A stretch of DNA of 44,381 nucleotides, taken from NCBI GenBank assembly GCA_013265495.1, contig MU058581.1, positions 1 to 44,381 of the forward strand, given 5' to 3'. The position numbers were made by a program, and so were the translations under genes. This stretch comes from Vicugna vicugna. Taxonomy: Eukaryota. The notes beneath the pieces were generated by a model. That model searched no databases. It had not been told where the DNA came from and was given only the letters and a program-made list of their open reading frames with translations. Of the stretch, positions 11,281 to 23,500 are shown piece after piece. Each line of letters opens with the position of its first letter. Position 1 is the first letter of the stretch.

Positions 11281-11987
11281 CAATGACTGTGAAATTCATG
11301 ATTGCTTTTTATAATTAATCCCTTTAATCAGTGGATTATACATTATAGAAAGTTTTCAAGTTTATAAAATTTTAAGAAGGCTCAAAAATTTCTAGAACTG
11401 TGCAGAAACAAAAGCACATAAAACGTATTGATGAAGCTAAACTCGAACTTCTTGTCCACAATGTGATCCAGATATTATAATTATTTTTAAAAAGAAAACA
11501 AAATAATCCAAATGAGCACTGGCTCATCCACCAGATATACATTTATTTCTTTAAGGCATAAGGCAACAGAGTTGGGAAAATTACATAGTGGAAATATTCA
11601 ACAATGATCCAGAAGAATGAGTTTACCTTGGGCTCAGTTCTTGAAATCTGAGTCTTTGAAAATACACTTAATTATAATCATAACCACTAGGGCTCAGTGT
11701 CTTCTTTAAAATGTGAAATTAATGATGCACTTTTAGAAAACAAAAAGATTACAAATCTTATTCTAACTTGGTGCTAAGTAGATAAGAAACTGTCTTTGGG
11801 ACAGTCTCTGATCTTATCTAGCACAAAATACCAGAGAAATTTGTGAAAGATAGGGATGGGTCCCCATTAAGACACTTCTTTTATTTACTCCTGAGATGAC
11901 TGAGAAGAATGTTGTTTGTAAATTAAAAAACAAGACAATACTGCCCCTAGTGATGGATTTATATTTTCAGTCATTATTTGAATATTG

Positions 11988-12093
11988 TTTTTGTTTTTTG
12001 TTTTTTGTTTTTTAAATGGAGGGACTGGGAATTGAACCCAGGACCTCATGCATGCTAAGTATGTGCTGAATCACTGAGCTATGTCCCCCACCC
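11988..12093 (-). mobile_element. tRNA-derived SINE, camelid Vic-1-like
   Basis: Reverse complement: ggg..ggacatagctcagtgattcagcacatacttagcatgcatgaggtcctgggttcaattccccagtccctccatttaaaaa. It has Pol III A-box and B-box motifs and an A-rich tail. Confidence 0.85.
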
Positions 12094-12159
12094 TGAACTG
12101 ACGCACTTAGAATATTGATGCTCAAAGTGATCACTGATATAGCTGGGTTAATATCTATT

Positions 12160-12422
12160 CATTGCAGCCCAGGTTTTCTTGCTCCAGCACTGGTCCCTGT
12201 GGCAGTTTCTTCTGGTGAGTCTCTGCTCTAATAAGCCATGTCTCCTTATATTTGCCTGTATGTCTCTCCAAACTTGGAGGTAGCAGCTTGCCATGTGTCT
12301 TCTCTTTTCTTATGGATCCTAGAAGAGTTGCTGATTTTTCAATCCATTAAACTTTTCACTTACAGTTAGAATGAAGTAGTGACTTCCAGTCTCCTTGCAT
12401 GTGGAACTAGAAACTGGAAATC
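12160..12422 (-). mobile_element. Old L1 (L1M4/L1MC-MD type) 5' end, antisense
   Basis: 'gaagagttgctgatttttc...agtgacttccagtctccttgcatgtggaactagaaactggaaatc' resembles the antisense 5' terminus of old L1M elements. Confidence 0.6.
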
Positions 12423-12910
12423 TTTTCTTAAGTTTTGAACAAAGAAATATGGAAGAAAGTTCAAGTCTGTGGGAGGCAGAATTCAGGTGAGGTGGCTGTG
12501 CTGATCAGCATGGGAGAGAAGTCACAACACGAGGAGAGGAGGGTGATCGGTTAGAGGGATGGTGAGGCTCCCTGCAATCACCAAGACAATACACTTCCAG
12601 CTCTTTTGGCCAGGCAGCTTTATGCAGGAGCCATCCAGATCAGCAGCCCTGCACGGAAATATTTTGTTGACAGAACTATTCGAATTGGCTGAGAATAGTT
12701 TACCTGTCAATAAATATTGAGATAAAAGATACTACTGAATGCAGAGCAATGTTCTAAGGTTGGAAGTAAAGGGTGGCACAAGAAGGAGAAATGCTACGGT
12801 TTTCCATAGAATCATATGTCCACAGATGAGAGTTGAGAAATGTGCATTTTGGGAGCCTAACAGTTTTGGACATAAATCAAGCAAATTTACCCAATCATTA
12901 AATTCAGAGG

Positions 12911-12966
12911 TTTCTTTCTCTTTCCTTCTTTCCTTCTTTCCTTCTTTCCTTCTTTCCTTCCTTCCT

Positions 12967-13042
<76 letters not shown>

Positions 13043-13092
13043 TTTTTCTTTTCTTTTCTTTTTTCTTTTCTTTCTTTCTTCTTTTTTGTTTT
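12911..13092 (+). repeat. (TTCC)n/(TTTC)n compound microsatellite
   Basis: Direct tetranucleotide array. Confidence 0.97.
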
Positions 13093-13941
13093 AAGTAGTG
13101 TAAGTTACCTCTAAGTTTACTTCAATAAACTTGATGTGTCCTTCACAAAAGTGACTATAGCTCACTTGTGTGGTATATGTTTGTGTGTCTAAAGAATCTC
13201 TTTTAATTTATTTCTCTACTTCATTGAGTGCCTGTATGTGCTGGATTCTCTGTGCTAAAGATACAATGGAAAATAATCCAATTTCCAATTTCCAGAATTC
13301 GAATTCTCATCACTCTGTAAGTAAGTAAGAAGAGTAGGGACATACTAACACTGGAAAGGTTTTGTCCCATGGAATAGTAGCTGCAAATACAGTGTGGTTC
13401 TTGATTGATTTATTTATTTATTTATACACTGGTTTTCCTGACCAATATTTTTATTCCACTTCTTTATGGTCCTAAGATGCCTAATTACTCTAATTTTATG
13501 CCAGCTACAAAGCAGACAGTCAAAAACTGGCTTCTAGGTAAACATATTGCACAATGGTCATTTTTCTTGTTAAGACCTTAGGGTATTCACAAGGTAAGTT
13601 ACCTAGGGTATTCAAAGAATAAAGTTATAGTCCAGTGACATTTACAAATAGCCATTGCATGTAATCTGTTAGGTCTTAGGAATTAAGTAGCACAGTCACT
13701 CTCCTTCGTATGCCATAAATATCAAAAGAAAACTTGACAAGCTTATAAGAAGTAAGTTTCTTAAATCTTTAAGAGAATAAGGTATTACATGGGATGTATA
13801 TCAGGGAATTATGTATTTAAAGTTTCACAGAAAGGTGATACACAAGATAATGTTATCGAATTCCTCTACAGTAAATAGTGCTGGTCTTATGGATTTCAGA
13901 AAGGAAATATTTCTGTGAATTAGGCTGGATAAAGACACTCC

Positions 13942-16900
13942 CTAGAAACACTCACCCTGGTTTCTCAGCATGTTTCGTAGAGCCAGATTCAAGTTAAAGG
14001 CAGTTTGCGCTGGAAAACCGAGTAGGAGTGAGTGCCTCCCTTTATGTATATGGGTAGGCCTGTCAACACAGAAACTATGGGTTCCCAACAAGCTTGGTGA
14101 AGGATTGCTTCCACACACATTCTGATCCCAGAATGGAACATGTGGAGAAACGTTCACTCAGGTAGCCTGAAGGGTAAGGCTACATCTAGAAACACTTACC
14201 CTGATTTCCTAGCATGTTTCCTAGAGAAGGTTTCAAGATAAAGAAAGTTTGTGCTGGAAAACTGAGTTTGAGTGAGTGCCTTCCCTTATGTATACAGGTA
14301 TGCCTCTCAACCTAACCCAGAAACTGTGTTCCCAACAAGTTACGTGAAGGGAGGCTTCCATACACATTTGGATCCCAGAATGGAACATGTGGAGAAGCGT
14401 TCATTCAGCTAGCCTGAAGGGCAAGGGTACATCTAGCAACACATACCCTGATTTCTCAGCAAGCTTCCTAGAGCTGGTTTCAAGGTGAAGGCAGTTTGCA
14501 CTGGAAAACTGAGTTGGAGCAAGTGCCTCCACTTAAATGTTTTGGTAGGCCTGTGAACCTAACACAGAAACTGTGTTCCCAACAAAGTAGGAGATGGACA
14601 GCTTCCACACACATTTGGATCCCAAAATGGAATATGTCGGGAAGCGTTCATTCAGCTAGACTGAAGGGCAAGAGTACATCGATAAACACCGTCAATTCTC
14701 AGCATGCTTCCTAGAGCCTTTTTGAAGGGAAAGGCTGTTTGTGCTGGAAAACCGAGTTGGAGTGAGTTCCTCCCTTTATGTATGTAGTTAGGCCTGTAAA
14801 CCTAACGCAGTAACTCTGTGTTCTGAAAAATGTTGGTGAAGGACGGCTTCCACATATACGAATCCCAGAAAGGAACATATGGAGAAATGTTCATTTAGCT
14901 ACCATGAATGGCAAGGTTATATCTAGAAACACATACTCTGATTTCTCAGCATGTTTCCTAGAGAAAGTTTCAAATTAAGGCAGTTTGTGCTGGGAAATTG
15001 AGTTGGAGTGATTGCTCCCCTTCTATATATAGGTAAGCCTGTCAACCTAACACAGAAAATCTACCAATAATGTAGTTGAAGGAAGGCTTCCAACACATTC
15101 AGATCCCAGATTGGAACATGTGGAGAAGCGTTCATTCAGCTAGTGAGAATAGCCATGGTACATCTAGAAACAATTACTCTGAAATAAAAATCAAGCTCTG
15201 TAGAGATGGTTTGAAGGTAAAGGAGGTTTGAGCTGGAAAACTGAGTTGGAGAGTGCCTCTTTTTATGTATTTAGGAAGGTCTGTCAACATAACACAAAAA
15301 ACCTGTTCCCAACATGGTAGGTGAATAATAGCTTGCACACACATTCAGATCAAAAAATGGAACATGGGGGGAAGCCTAATTTCAGCTAGACTGAAAGTGA
15401 AGTGTACAAGTATAAACAACATGAATTCTCAGCAAGTTTCCAGGAGCTGGTTTCAAGGGAAAGGAAGTTTGTGCTGAAAAACTGAGTTGGAGCGAGTGCC
15501 TCCCCATATATATATATAGGTAGGCCAGCGCCACTAACCCAGAAACTAGGTGGCGCCAACAATGTAGATGAAGGACGTCTTCTACACACATTCAGATACG
15601 AGAATGGAACATGTGGAGAAGCATTCATTCATATAGCACAACAGGCAAGGATATACCTGGAAACAATAACCCTGATTTCTCAGCATTTTCCTAGAGATGG
15701 TTTCAAAGTAATCACAGTTTGTGGTGGAAAACTGAGTTTTAGCGAGTGACTCCCCTTATGTATACAGGTAGGCCAGTGCCCCTAACTCAGAAACTCTGTG
15801 TTCAGATCAAGGTAGGTGAATCACAATTTCCACACACATTAGGATCACAGAATGGAACATCTGCAGAAGCATTCTTTCATCTAGCAGAGTGGGAAAGGGT
15901 ACACGTGGAAATACTTTCCCTGACTTCTCAGCATGTTTCATCGAGCCAGTTTCAAGGTAAAGGCTGTTTGCACTGGAAAACTGAGTTGGAGCGAGTGCCT
16001 CCTCATATATATATATATAGGTAGCCCAGTGTCCTTGACACAGAAACTGTGTTCCAAATAAGGTACGTGAGGAGGGCTTGTACACACATTCAAATGTCAG
16101 AAAGGAACATGTGGAGAAGCGTTCTTTCATCTAGGTCAAAGGGCAAAGTTATACCTAGAAACACTTACCCTGTTTTCACAGCATGTTTCCTAGAGCCACT
16201 TTCAAGGTAAAGGCCGTTGGCGCTAGAAAACCGAGTTGAAGTGAGTGCCTCACCTTAAGTATATATAAGTAGGCCAGTGCCCCTAATCAGAAATTCTATA
16301 TTCCCAACAAGGTAGTTGAAGGATGGCTTCCTCACACATTCAGATGTCAGAACAGAACATGTGGAGAAGCGTTCTTTCATCTAGGAAAAAGGGCAAGGGT
16401 ACATCTAGAAACACTTACCCTGATTTCTCAGCATGTTTCCTACAGTCGGTTTCAAGGTAAAGGGAGTTTTAGCTCGAAAACCAATTTGGAGCAAGTGCCT
16501 TCCCTTATATATATAAGTAGGCAAGTGCCACTAACCCAGAAACTGTGTGTTTCCAACAAGGTAGGTGAAAGGAGGCTTCCACACTAATTTGGATCCCAGA
16601 ATGGAACATGTGGAAAAGCGTTCATTCATCTAGCACAAAGGACAATGGTATATATAGAAACACACTGAATTCTCAGCATGTATCATGGAGCCGCTTTCAA
16701 GGCAAAGAAAGTTTGCACAAGAAAACTGATTTGGAGTGAATGCCACCCTTTATATATATAGGAAAGACTGTGCCCATAAGCCAGGAACTCTGTGTTCCCA
16801 ACAAGGCAGGTGAAGATTGGCTTACACACATATTCGGATCCCAGAATGGAACATGTGGAAAAGTGTTCATTCATGGAGCACAAAGGGCAAGTGTAAATCT

Positions 16901-17510
16901 AGACACACTTACCCTGACTTCTCAACATATTTCCTAAGGCCGGTTTCATGGTAAAGGCCGTTTGGACTGGAAATCGACTGGAACAAGTGCCTCCACTTAT
17001 ATATATAGGTAGTCAATTGCCTCTAACACAGAAACATTGCATTCCCAACAAGGTTGTTGAAGGACGGCTTTCACACACATTCAGATGTCAGAATGGAACA
17101 TGTGGAGAAATGTTCTTTCATCTAGGAAAAAGGGCAAGGGTACATCTAGAAACACTTACCCTGAATTCTCAGCATATTTTCTTCAGCAGGTTTCAAATTG
17201 AATGCAGTTTGCACTAGAAAACTGGGTTGGAGTGAGTTCCTCCTGTTATAAATATTTAGGTAGGCAGTAACCCTAACCCAGAATCTCTGTGTTCCCAACA
17301 AGTTAGTAGAAGGATGGCTTCCACACACATTCGGATCCCAGAATGGGAAAAGTGGACAAGGTTTCATTCATCTGGCACAAAAGGCAAGTGTATAATCTAG
17401 AAGCACTAACCCCGATTTCTCAGCGTGTTTCCTGAAGATGATTTCAAGGTAAAGGTAGCTTGCACTTAAAAACCGAGTTGGAAAGACGGCCTTCTCCTAT
17501 ATATATAGGT
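13942..17510 (-). repeat. Satellite array, left arm: ~14-15 diverged monomers of ~241-249 bp, opposite in orientation to the right arm
   Basis: Motif 'ctagaaacac(ttaccctgatttctcagcatgtttcc)' or variants at 13942, 14186, 14433, 14680, 14923, 15164, etc. The strand label is relative only. Confidence 0.97.
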
Positions 17511-17523
17511 TTATAGTGCACAT

Positions 17524-20500
17524 AGGCACTTGCTCCAACACAGTTTTCTAGTGCACATGGCATTTCCTTGCAAACCAGCTCTAGGAAACATGCTGAGAAA
17601 TCACACTAAGTATTTCAAGATGTCCCTCAGCCCTAGAAGCTAGATGCAGCAATGCCTCTCTACCTGTTCCATTCTCAGATCTGAATGTCTGTGGAAGCTG
17701 TCCTTCTCCTAACTTGTTGGGAACACAGAGTTTCTGCTTGAGGGGAACAACGCTACTTACATATCTATGGGGAGGCACTTGCTCCAACTGGGTTTTTCAG
17801 CGAAAAATGCCTTTCCTTAAACCTGCTCTAGGAAACATGAATAGAAATCACAGTAAGTGTTTCTAGATGTACTCAACACCTTTCCACTCAATGAAGGAAT
17901 GCCTCTCAACTTGTTCCCATCTCAGATCTGAATGTGCGTGGAAGCATCCTTCAACTACCTTGTTGGGAACAGAGTTTCTGCTTGAGGGGAATAACGCTAC
18001 ATACCTATCTATGGGAAGACAGACGCTCCAATTCAGTTTTGCCGTTCAAATATCCTTTCCTTTTAAACTGGCTCTAGGAAACATGCTGAGAAATCAGAGT
18101 AAATTATTCCAGATGTCCCCCTGCCCGTCATGTTGGATGAATGAACGCCACTCCACATGCTCACTTCTGAGATCTGAATGTGTGCGGAAGCAGTCCATCA
18201 ACTAGCTTGTTGGGAACATAGTTTCTTTAAGAAGGGATCTATACTACATATATACCTATGTGGAGGCACTTACTTCAATTCAATTTTACAGTGAAAAGGG
18301 CAAGAACATGGAAACTAGCACTAGGAAACATACTGAGAAATCAGAGAAAGTGTTTCAACTACTACCCATTAACTTTATGTTAGATGAATGAATGTCTTTC
18401 CATGAGCTCACTTCTGAGAGCTGATTGTGCCTGAAAGTGGACCATCACCTAGCTTGTTAAGAAAACAGACTTTCTTTAAGAGGGGAACCATGCTACATAC
18501 ATATCTATGGGGAGGCTCTAGCTCCAACTCAGTATTTCAGTGAAAACAGCATGAACTTTGAAACAGGCACAAGGAAACATAATGAGAAATAAGATTAAGT
18601 GCTTCTACTACTAACCATTCCCTATGCTAGATGAATGAATGCCTCTCCACATGTTCCCTTCTGAGAGCTGAATGTGTTTGAAAGCCATCCATCACCTAGC
18701 TTGCTGGGAACAGAGTTTCTTTGAGTGGAGAACTATGCTACATACATATTTATGGGGAAGCACTAGCTCCAACTCTGTTTTACAGTGAAAACTGCATAAA
18801 GTTGGAAACCGGCCCTAGAAAACATACTGTGAAATCAAAGTGTTTCTACTACTAACCATTCCCTTTATGCTAGGTGAATAAACACCTCTCCACGTGCTCA
18901 CTTCTGAAAGCTGAATGGGTTTGAAAGCCATCCATCACCTACCTTGTTGGGAACAGAGTTTCTTTGAATGGGGAGTTATGATACATACATAAATATGGGT
19001 AGACACTTGCTCCAACTAGGTTTTACACTGAAAACAGTAAGAACTTGGAAACCGGCACTAGGAAACATACTGAGAAATCAGAGTAAGTGATTAGACTACT
19101 GCCCATTCCCTTTATGCTAAATGAACCAACGCATCTCCACATGCTCAATTCTTAGATCTGAATGTGTGTGAAAGCTGTCTATCACTTAGCTTATTGGGAA
19201 ATCAGTTTCTTTCAGAGGGTACTATACTACACTGTATACATTTCTATAGAAAAGCACTAGCTCAAAATCGGTTTTACAGTGAAAACTGTATGAAGATGGA
19301 AAGCGGCACTAGGAAACATACTGTGAAATCTGAGTAAGTGTTTCTACTACTACCCATTCCCTTTATGCTAGATGATGAATGCCTCTCAACATGCTAAATT
19401 CTGATAGCTGAATGGGAGTGAAAGCCGTCCATCACATTGCACGTTGGGAACACAGACATTCTTTGAGGGGGTTACTATTCTACATACATATCTATGGAGA
19501 GGCACTAGCTGCAACATAGTTTTTCAGTGAAAACAGCCTGCACTTGGAAACCGGCACTAAGAAACATATTGAGAAGTCATAGTAATTCTTTCTAGTACTA
19601 CCCATTCCCTTTATACTAGATGAACAAATGCCTCTCCACATGCTGAATTCTGAGGGCTGAATGTGTTTGAAAACTGTCCATCAACTAACGTGGGAACACA
19701 GCATATCTTTGAGATGGAACAACACTATGTACATATCTATGTGGAGGCACTAGCTTCAATTCAGTTTTTCAGTGAAAGCAGCATGAACTTTGAAACCGGC
19801 ATTAGGAAACATAATGAGAAATCAGAGTAAATGTTTCTACTACTACCCAAACCTTTTATGCTAGATGAACGAATGCCTCTCCACATGCTAAATTCTGAGA
19901 GCTGAATGTGTGTGAAAGACGTGCAACACCTAGTTTCTTGGGAACACAGAGTTTCTTTGAGAGGGAACTATGCTACATACATATGTAAGGGGAGGCACTA
20001 GCTACAAATTGGATTTACAGTCAAAACAGCATGAAGTTGGAATCCACCACTAGAAAACATACTGAGAAATCAGAGTAAGTTTTTTTCTACTACACACTCC
20101 CTTTATGCCAAATGAATGAACACCTCTCAAAATGCTCAATTCTGAGAGCTGAATGTGTATGAATGCATTCCTTCACCAAGCTTTGGGAACACAGAGTTCC
20201 TCTGAGTTGGGAACTTTTCTAAATATATATCTTTGGGGAGGCACTAGCTCCAAATCACTATTTCAGTGAAAACAGCATGAACCAGGAATCTGGCACTAGG
20301 AAACTTACTGTAAAATCAGAGTAAGTTTTTCTAGTACTACACAATCTCTTTATGCTATATGAATGAACAACTCTCCACATGCACATTTCTGAGAGCTGAT
20401 TGTGTATGAAAGCCGTCCATCACCAAGCTTGCTGAGAACAGAATTTCTATAAGTGGGGAACTATGGTACACAGATATCAATGGGAGGCACTAGCCCCAAA

Positions 20501-23500
20501 TTGGCTTTACAGTGAAAACAGCATGAACATGAAATCCGGCACTGGGAAACATACTGAGAAAACACCTAAAGTTTTTCTAGTACTACCCATTCCCTTTATG
20601 CTAGATGAATGAACGCCTCTCAACACACTCAATTCTGAGAGCTAAGTGTGTGTGAAAGACATTCATCAACTAGCTCGTTGGGAAGACAAAGTATCTTTGA
20701 GACTGGAACTATGCTACATTCAGATCTTTGGGGAGACACTAGCTACAACTCGGTTTTACAGTGAAAAAAGCATGAAAATGGAAACAGGCACTAAGAAACA
20801 TAATGAGATATCACCTAAAGTGTTTCTAGTACTACCCATTCCCTTTCTGTTAGATGAATGAACCCCTATCCACACGCTTAATTGTGAGAGCTGAATGTGT
20901 GTGAAAGGCTTCCTTCACAAGAGTTGGTGGGAACACAAAGTTTCTTTGAGATTGGAACAACACTACATACATATTTTGGGGGAGGCACTAGCTACAACTC
21001 GGTATTACAGTGAAGAGAGCATTAACTTTGAAATGGCAGTAGGAAACATACAGAGAAATCACCTAAAATTTTCCTAGTACTACACATTCCCTGTATGCTA
21101 GGTGAACAAAGCCTCTCCACATGCTCAATTGAGAACTGAATGTATTTGAAAGCCTTCCATCACCAAGCTTCTTGGGAACACAGAGTTTCTTTGCGGGGGG
21201 AACTATGCTACATATATATTAATGGGGAGGCACTAGGTCAAACACGGTTTTACAGTGTAAAGAGCATGAACTTTGAATCCAGCACTAGGAAACATACTGT
21301 GAAATCAGAGAAACTGTTTTTAGTACTACCCATTCCCTTTATGCTAGATGAACAAGCGCCTCTCCACATGCTCAATTCTGAGATCTGAATGTGTGTGAAA
21401 GTAGTCCATCACCAGGTTTGTTGGGAACACAGAGTTTCCTTGAGAGGGGAAATATGCCACATATATTTCAATGGGACCAGCTAGCTCCAAGTTGCTTTAA
21501 AAGTGGAAAGAGAATCAACTTGGAATTCAACACTAGGAAACATACTGAGAAGTCACCTGAAGTGTTTGTAGTACTGCACATTCCCTTTATGCTAAATGAA
21601 CAAACTCCTGTCCACATGCTCAGTTCTGAGAGCTGAGTGTGTGTGAAATCCATCCTTCACCAAGCTACTTGGGAAAAGAGTTTTCTTGAGAGGGGAAGTA
21701 CGCTACTTTCGTATCAATGTGAGGCACTAGTTCCAACTCTGCTTTAGAGTGAAAAGTGCATGAACTTGGACACCGGTACTAGGAAACATACTAAGAAATC
21801 AGAGTAAGTTTTCTAGTAATACAATTTCCCTTTTTACTGGATGAACGAACACCTCTCCACGTGCTCAATTCTGAGAGCTCAATGTGTGTGAAAGCCATCC
21901 TTCACCTAAGGTGTTGGGAACACAGAGTTTCATTGAGAGGGGAACTATGCTACTTACATATCAGTGGGAGGCACTAGCTTCAATTCGGTTGTACAGCAAA
22001 AACAGCTTGAACTTGAAAACCAGCACTAGGAAACATATGGAGAAATCAGAGTGGGTCTTTCTACTACTACCAATTCCCTGTGTAGTAGATGAATGAACGC
22101 TTGTCCACATGCTCATTTCTGAGATCTGAATGTGTGTGAAAGCCATCCATCACCAAGCTTGTTTGGAACACAAAGTTTCTTAGAGAGAGGACCTACACTA
22201 TGTACATATCAATGGGGAGGTACTAGCTTCAACACGGTTTAACAGTGTAAAGAGTATGAACTTGGAAACTGGCACTAGGAAACATACTGAGAAATCAGAG
22301 CAACTGGTTCTACTACTACCCATTCCCTTTATGCTAGAAGAACGAACGCCTCTCCACATGCTAAATTCTGAGAGCTGAATGTGTTTCAAAGCCATCCATC
22401 ACCTAGCTTGTTGGGAACACAGACTTTCTTTGAGAGGGGAAGTATGCTACATACATGTCTATGGGAAGGCACTAGCTCCGACTCGGTTTTTCAGTGAAAA
22501 GAGCATGAACTTCGAAACTGGCACTAGGAAACTTACTGAGATAGCAGAATAAGTTTTTTTGTACTACCCATTCCCTTTATGCTAGATGTACGAACGCTTC
22601 TCCACATGCTCAATTCTGAGACCTGAATGTGTGTGCAAGTAATACATCACCTAGTCTTGCTGGAAACACACTTTCTTTGAGAGGGGAACATACGCTACAT
22701 ACATATCTATTGGGAGGCTCTAGCATCAACTCGGTTTTTCAGTTAAAACAGCATGAACTTGGAAACTGGCACTAGGAAACTTACTGAGAAAACATAGTAA
22801 GTATTTCTAGTATTACCCATTCCCTTTATGAAAGATGAACGATCGCCTCTCCACATGCTCAATTCAGACAGCTGATTGTGAAAGAAAGCCATCCATCCAC
22901 TAGCTTGTTTGGGACATAAAGTTTCTTTGTAAGGGAACTAAACTAAATACATATCTATGTGGAGGCTCTAGCTCCAACTCAGATTTACAGTGGAAACAGC
23001 ATGCACTTGGAAACCGACACTAGGAAACATACTGAGAAATCACATTAAGTGTTTCTAGTACTACCCTTTCCATTTATGCCTGATGAATGATCACCTCTGC
23101 ACATGCTCAATTCTGAGAACTGAATGGATTTGAAAGCCTTCCATCACCAAGCTTGTTGGGAACACAGAGTTTCTTTGTGAGTGGAACTACGCTACATACA
23201 AATCTATGGGGAGGCACTAGCTCCAACTCAGATTAACAATGAAAAGTGCATGTACTTGGATACTGGCAATAGAAAACATACTGAAAATTCAGAGTGTTTC
23301 TACTACAATCCATTCACTTTTTCTAGATGAATGATTGCCTCTCCGCATGATCAACTCTGAAATCTGAATGTATGTGAAAGCCATCAATCACCAAGCTTAT
23401 AGGGAACAAAAATTTCCTTGTGAGTGGAACAATGCAACATACATATCAATGGGAGGCACTAGCTCCAAGTTGGTTTTACACTGGAAACTGCATGAACTTG

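Noticed and set aside
12522..12710. Possible minus-strand terminal exon (GKLFSANSNSS...WKCIVLVIAGSL) with a hydrophobic end
   Set aside because: Weak acceptor, unrecognised peptide and no partner exons. A tblastn search would be needed to revive it.
20673..20689. CENP-B-box-like motif (GCTYGTTGGGAAC...) in each monomer
   Set aside because: It resembles CTTCGTTGGAAACGGGA superficially, but only about 3-4 of the 9 essential bases (NTTCGNNNNANNCGGGN) match, so it is not supportable as a functional box.
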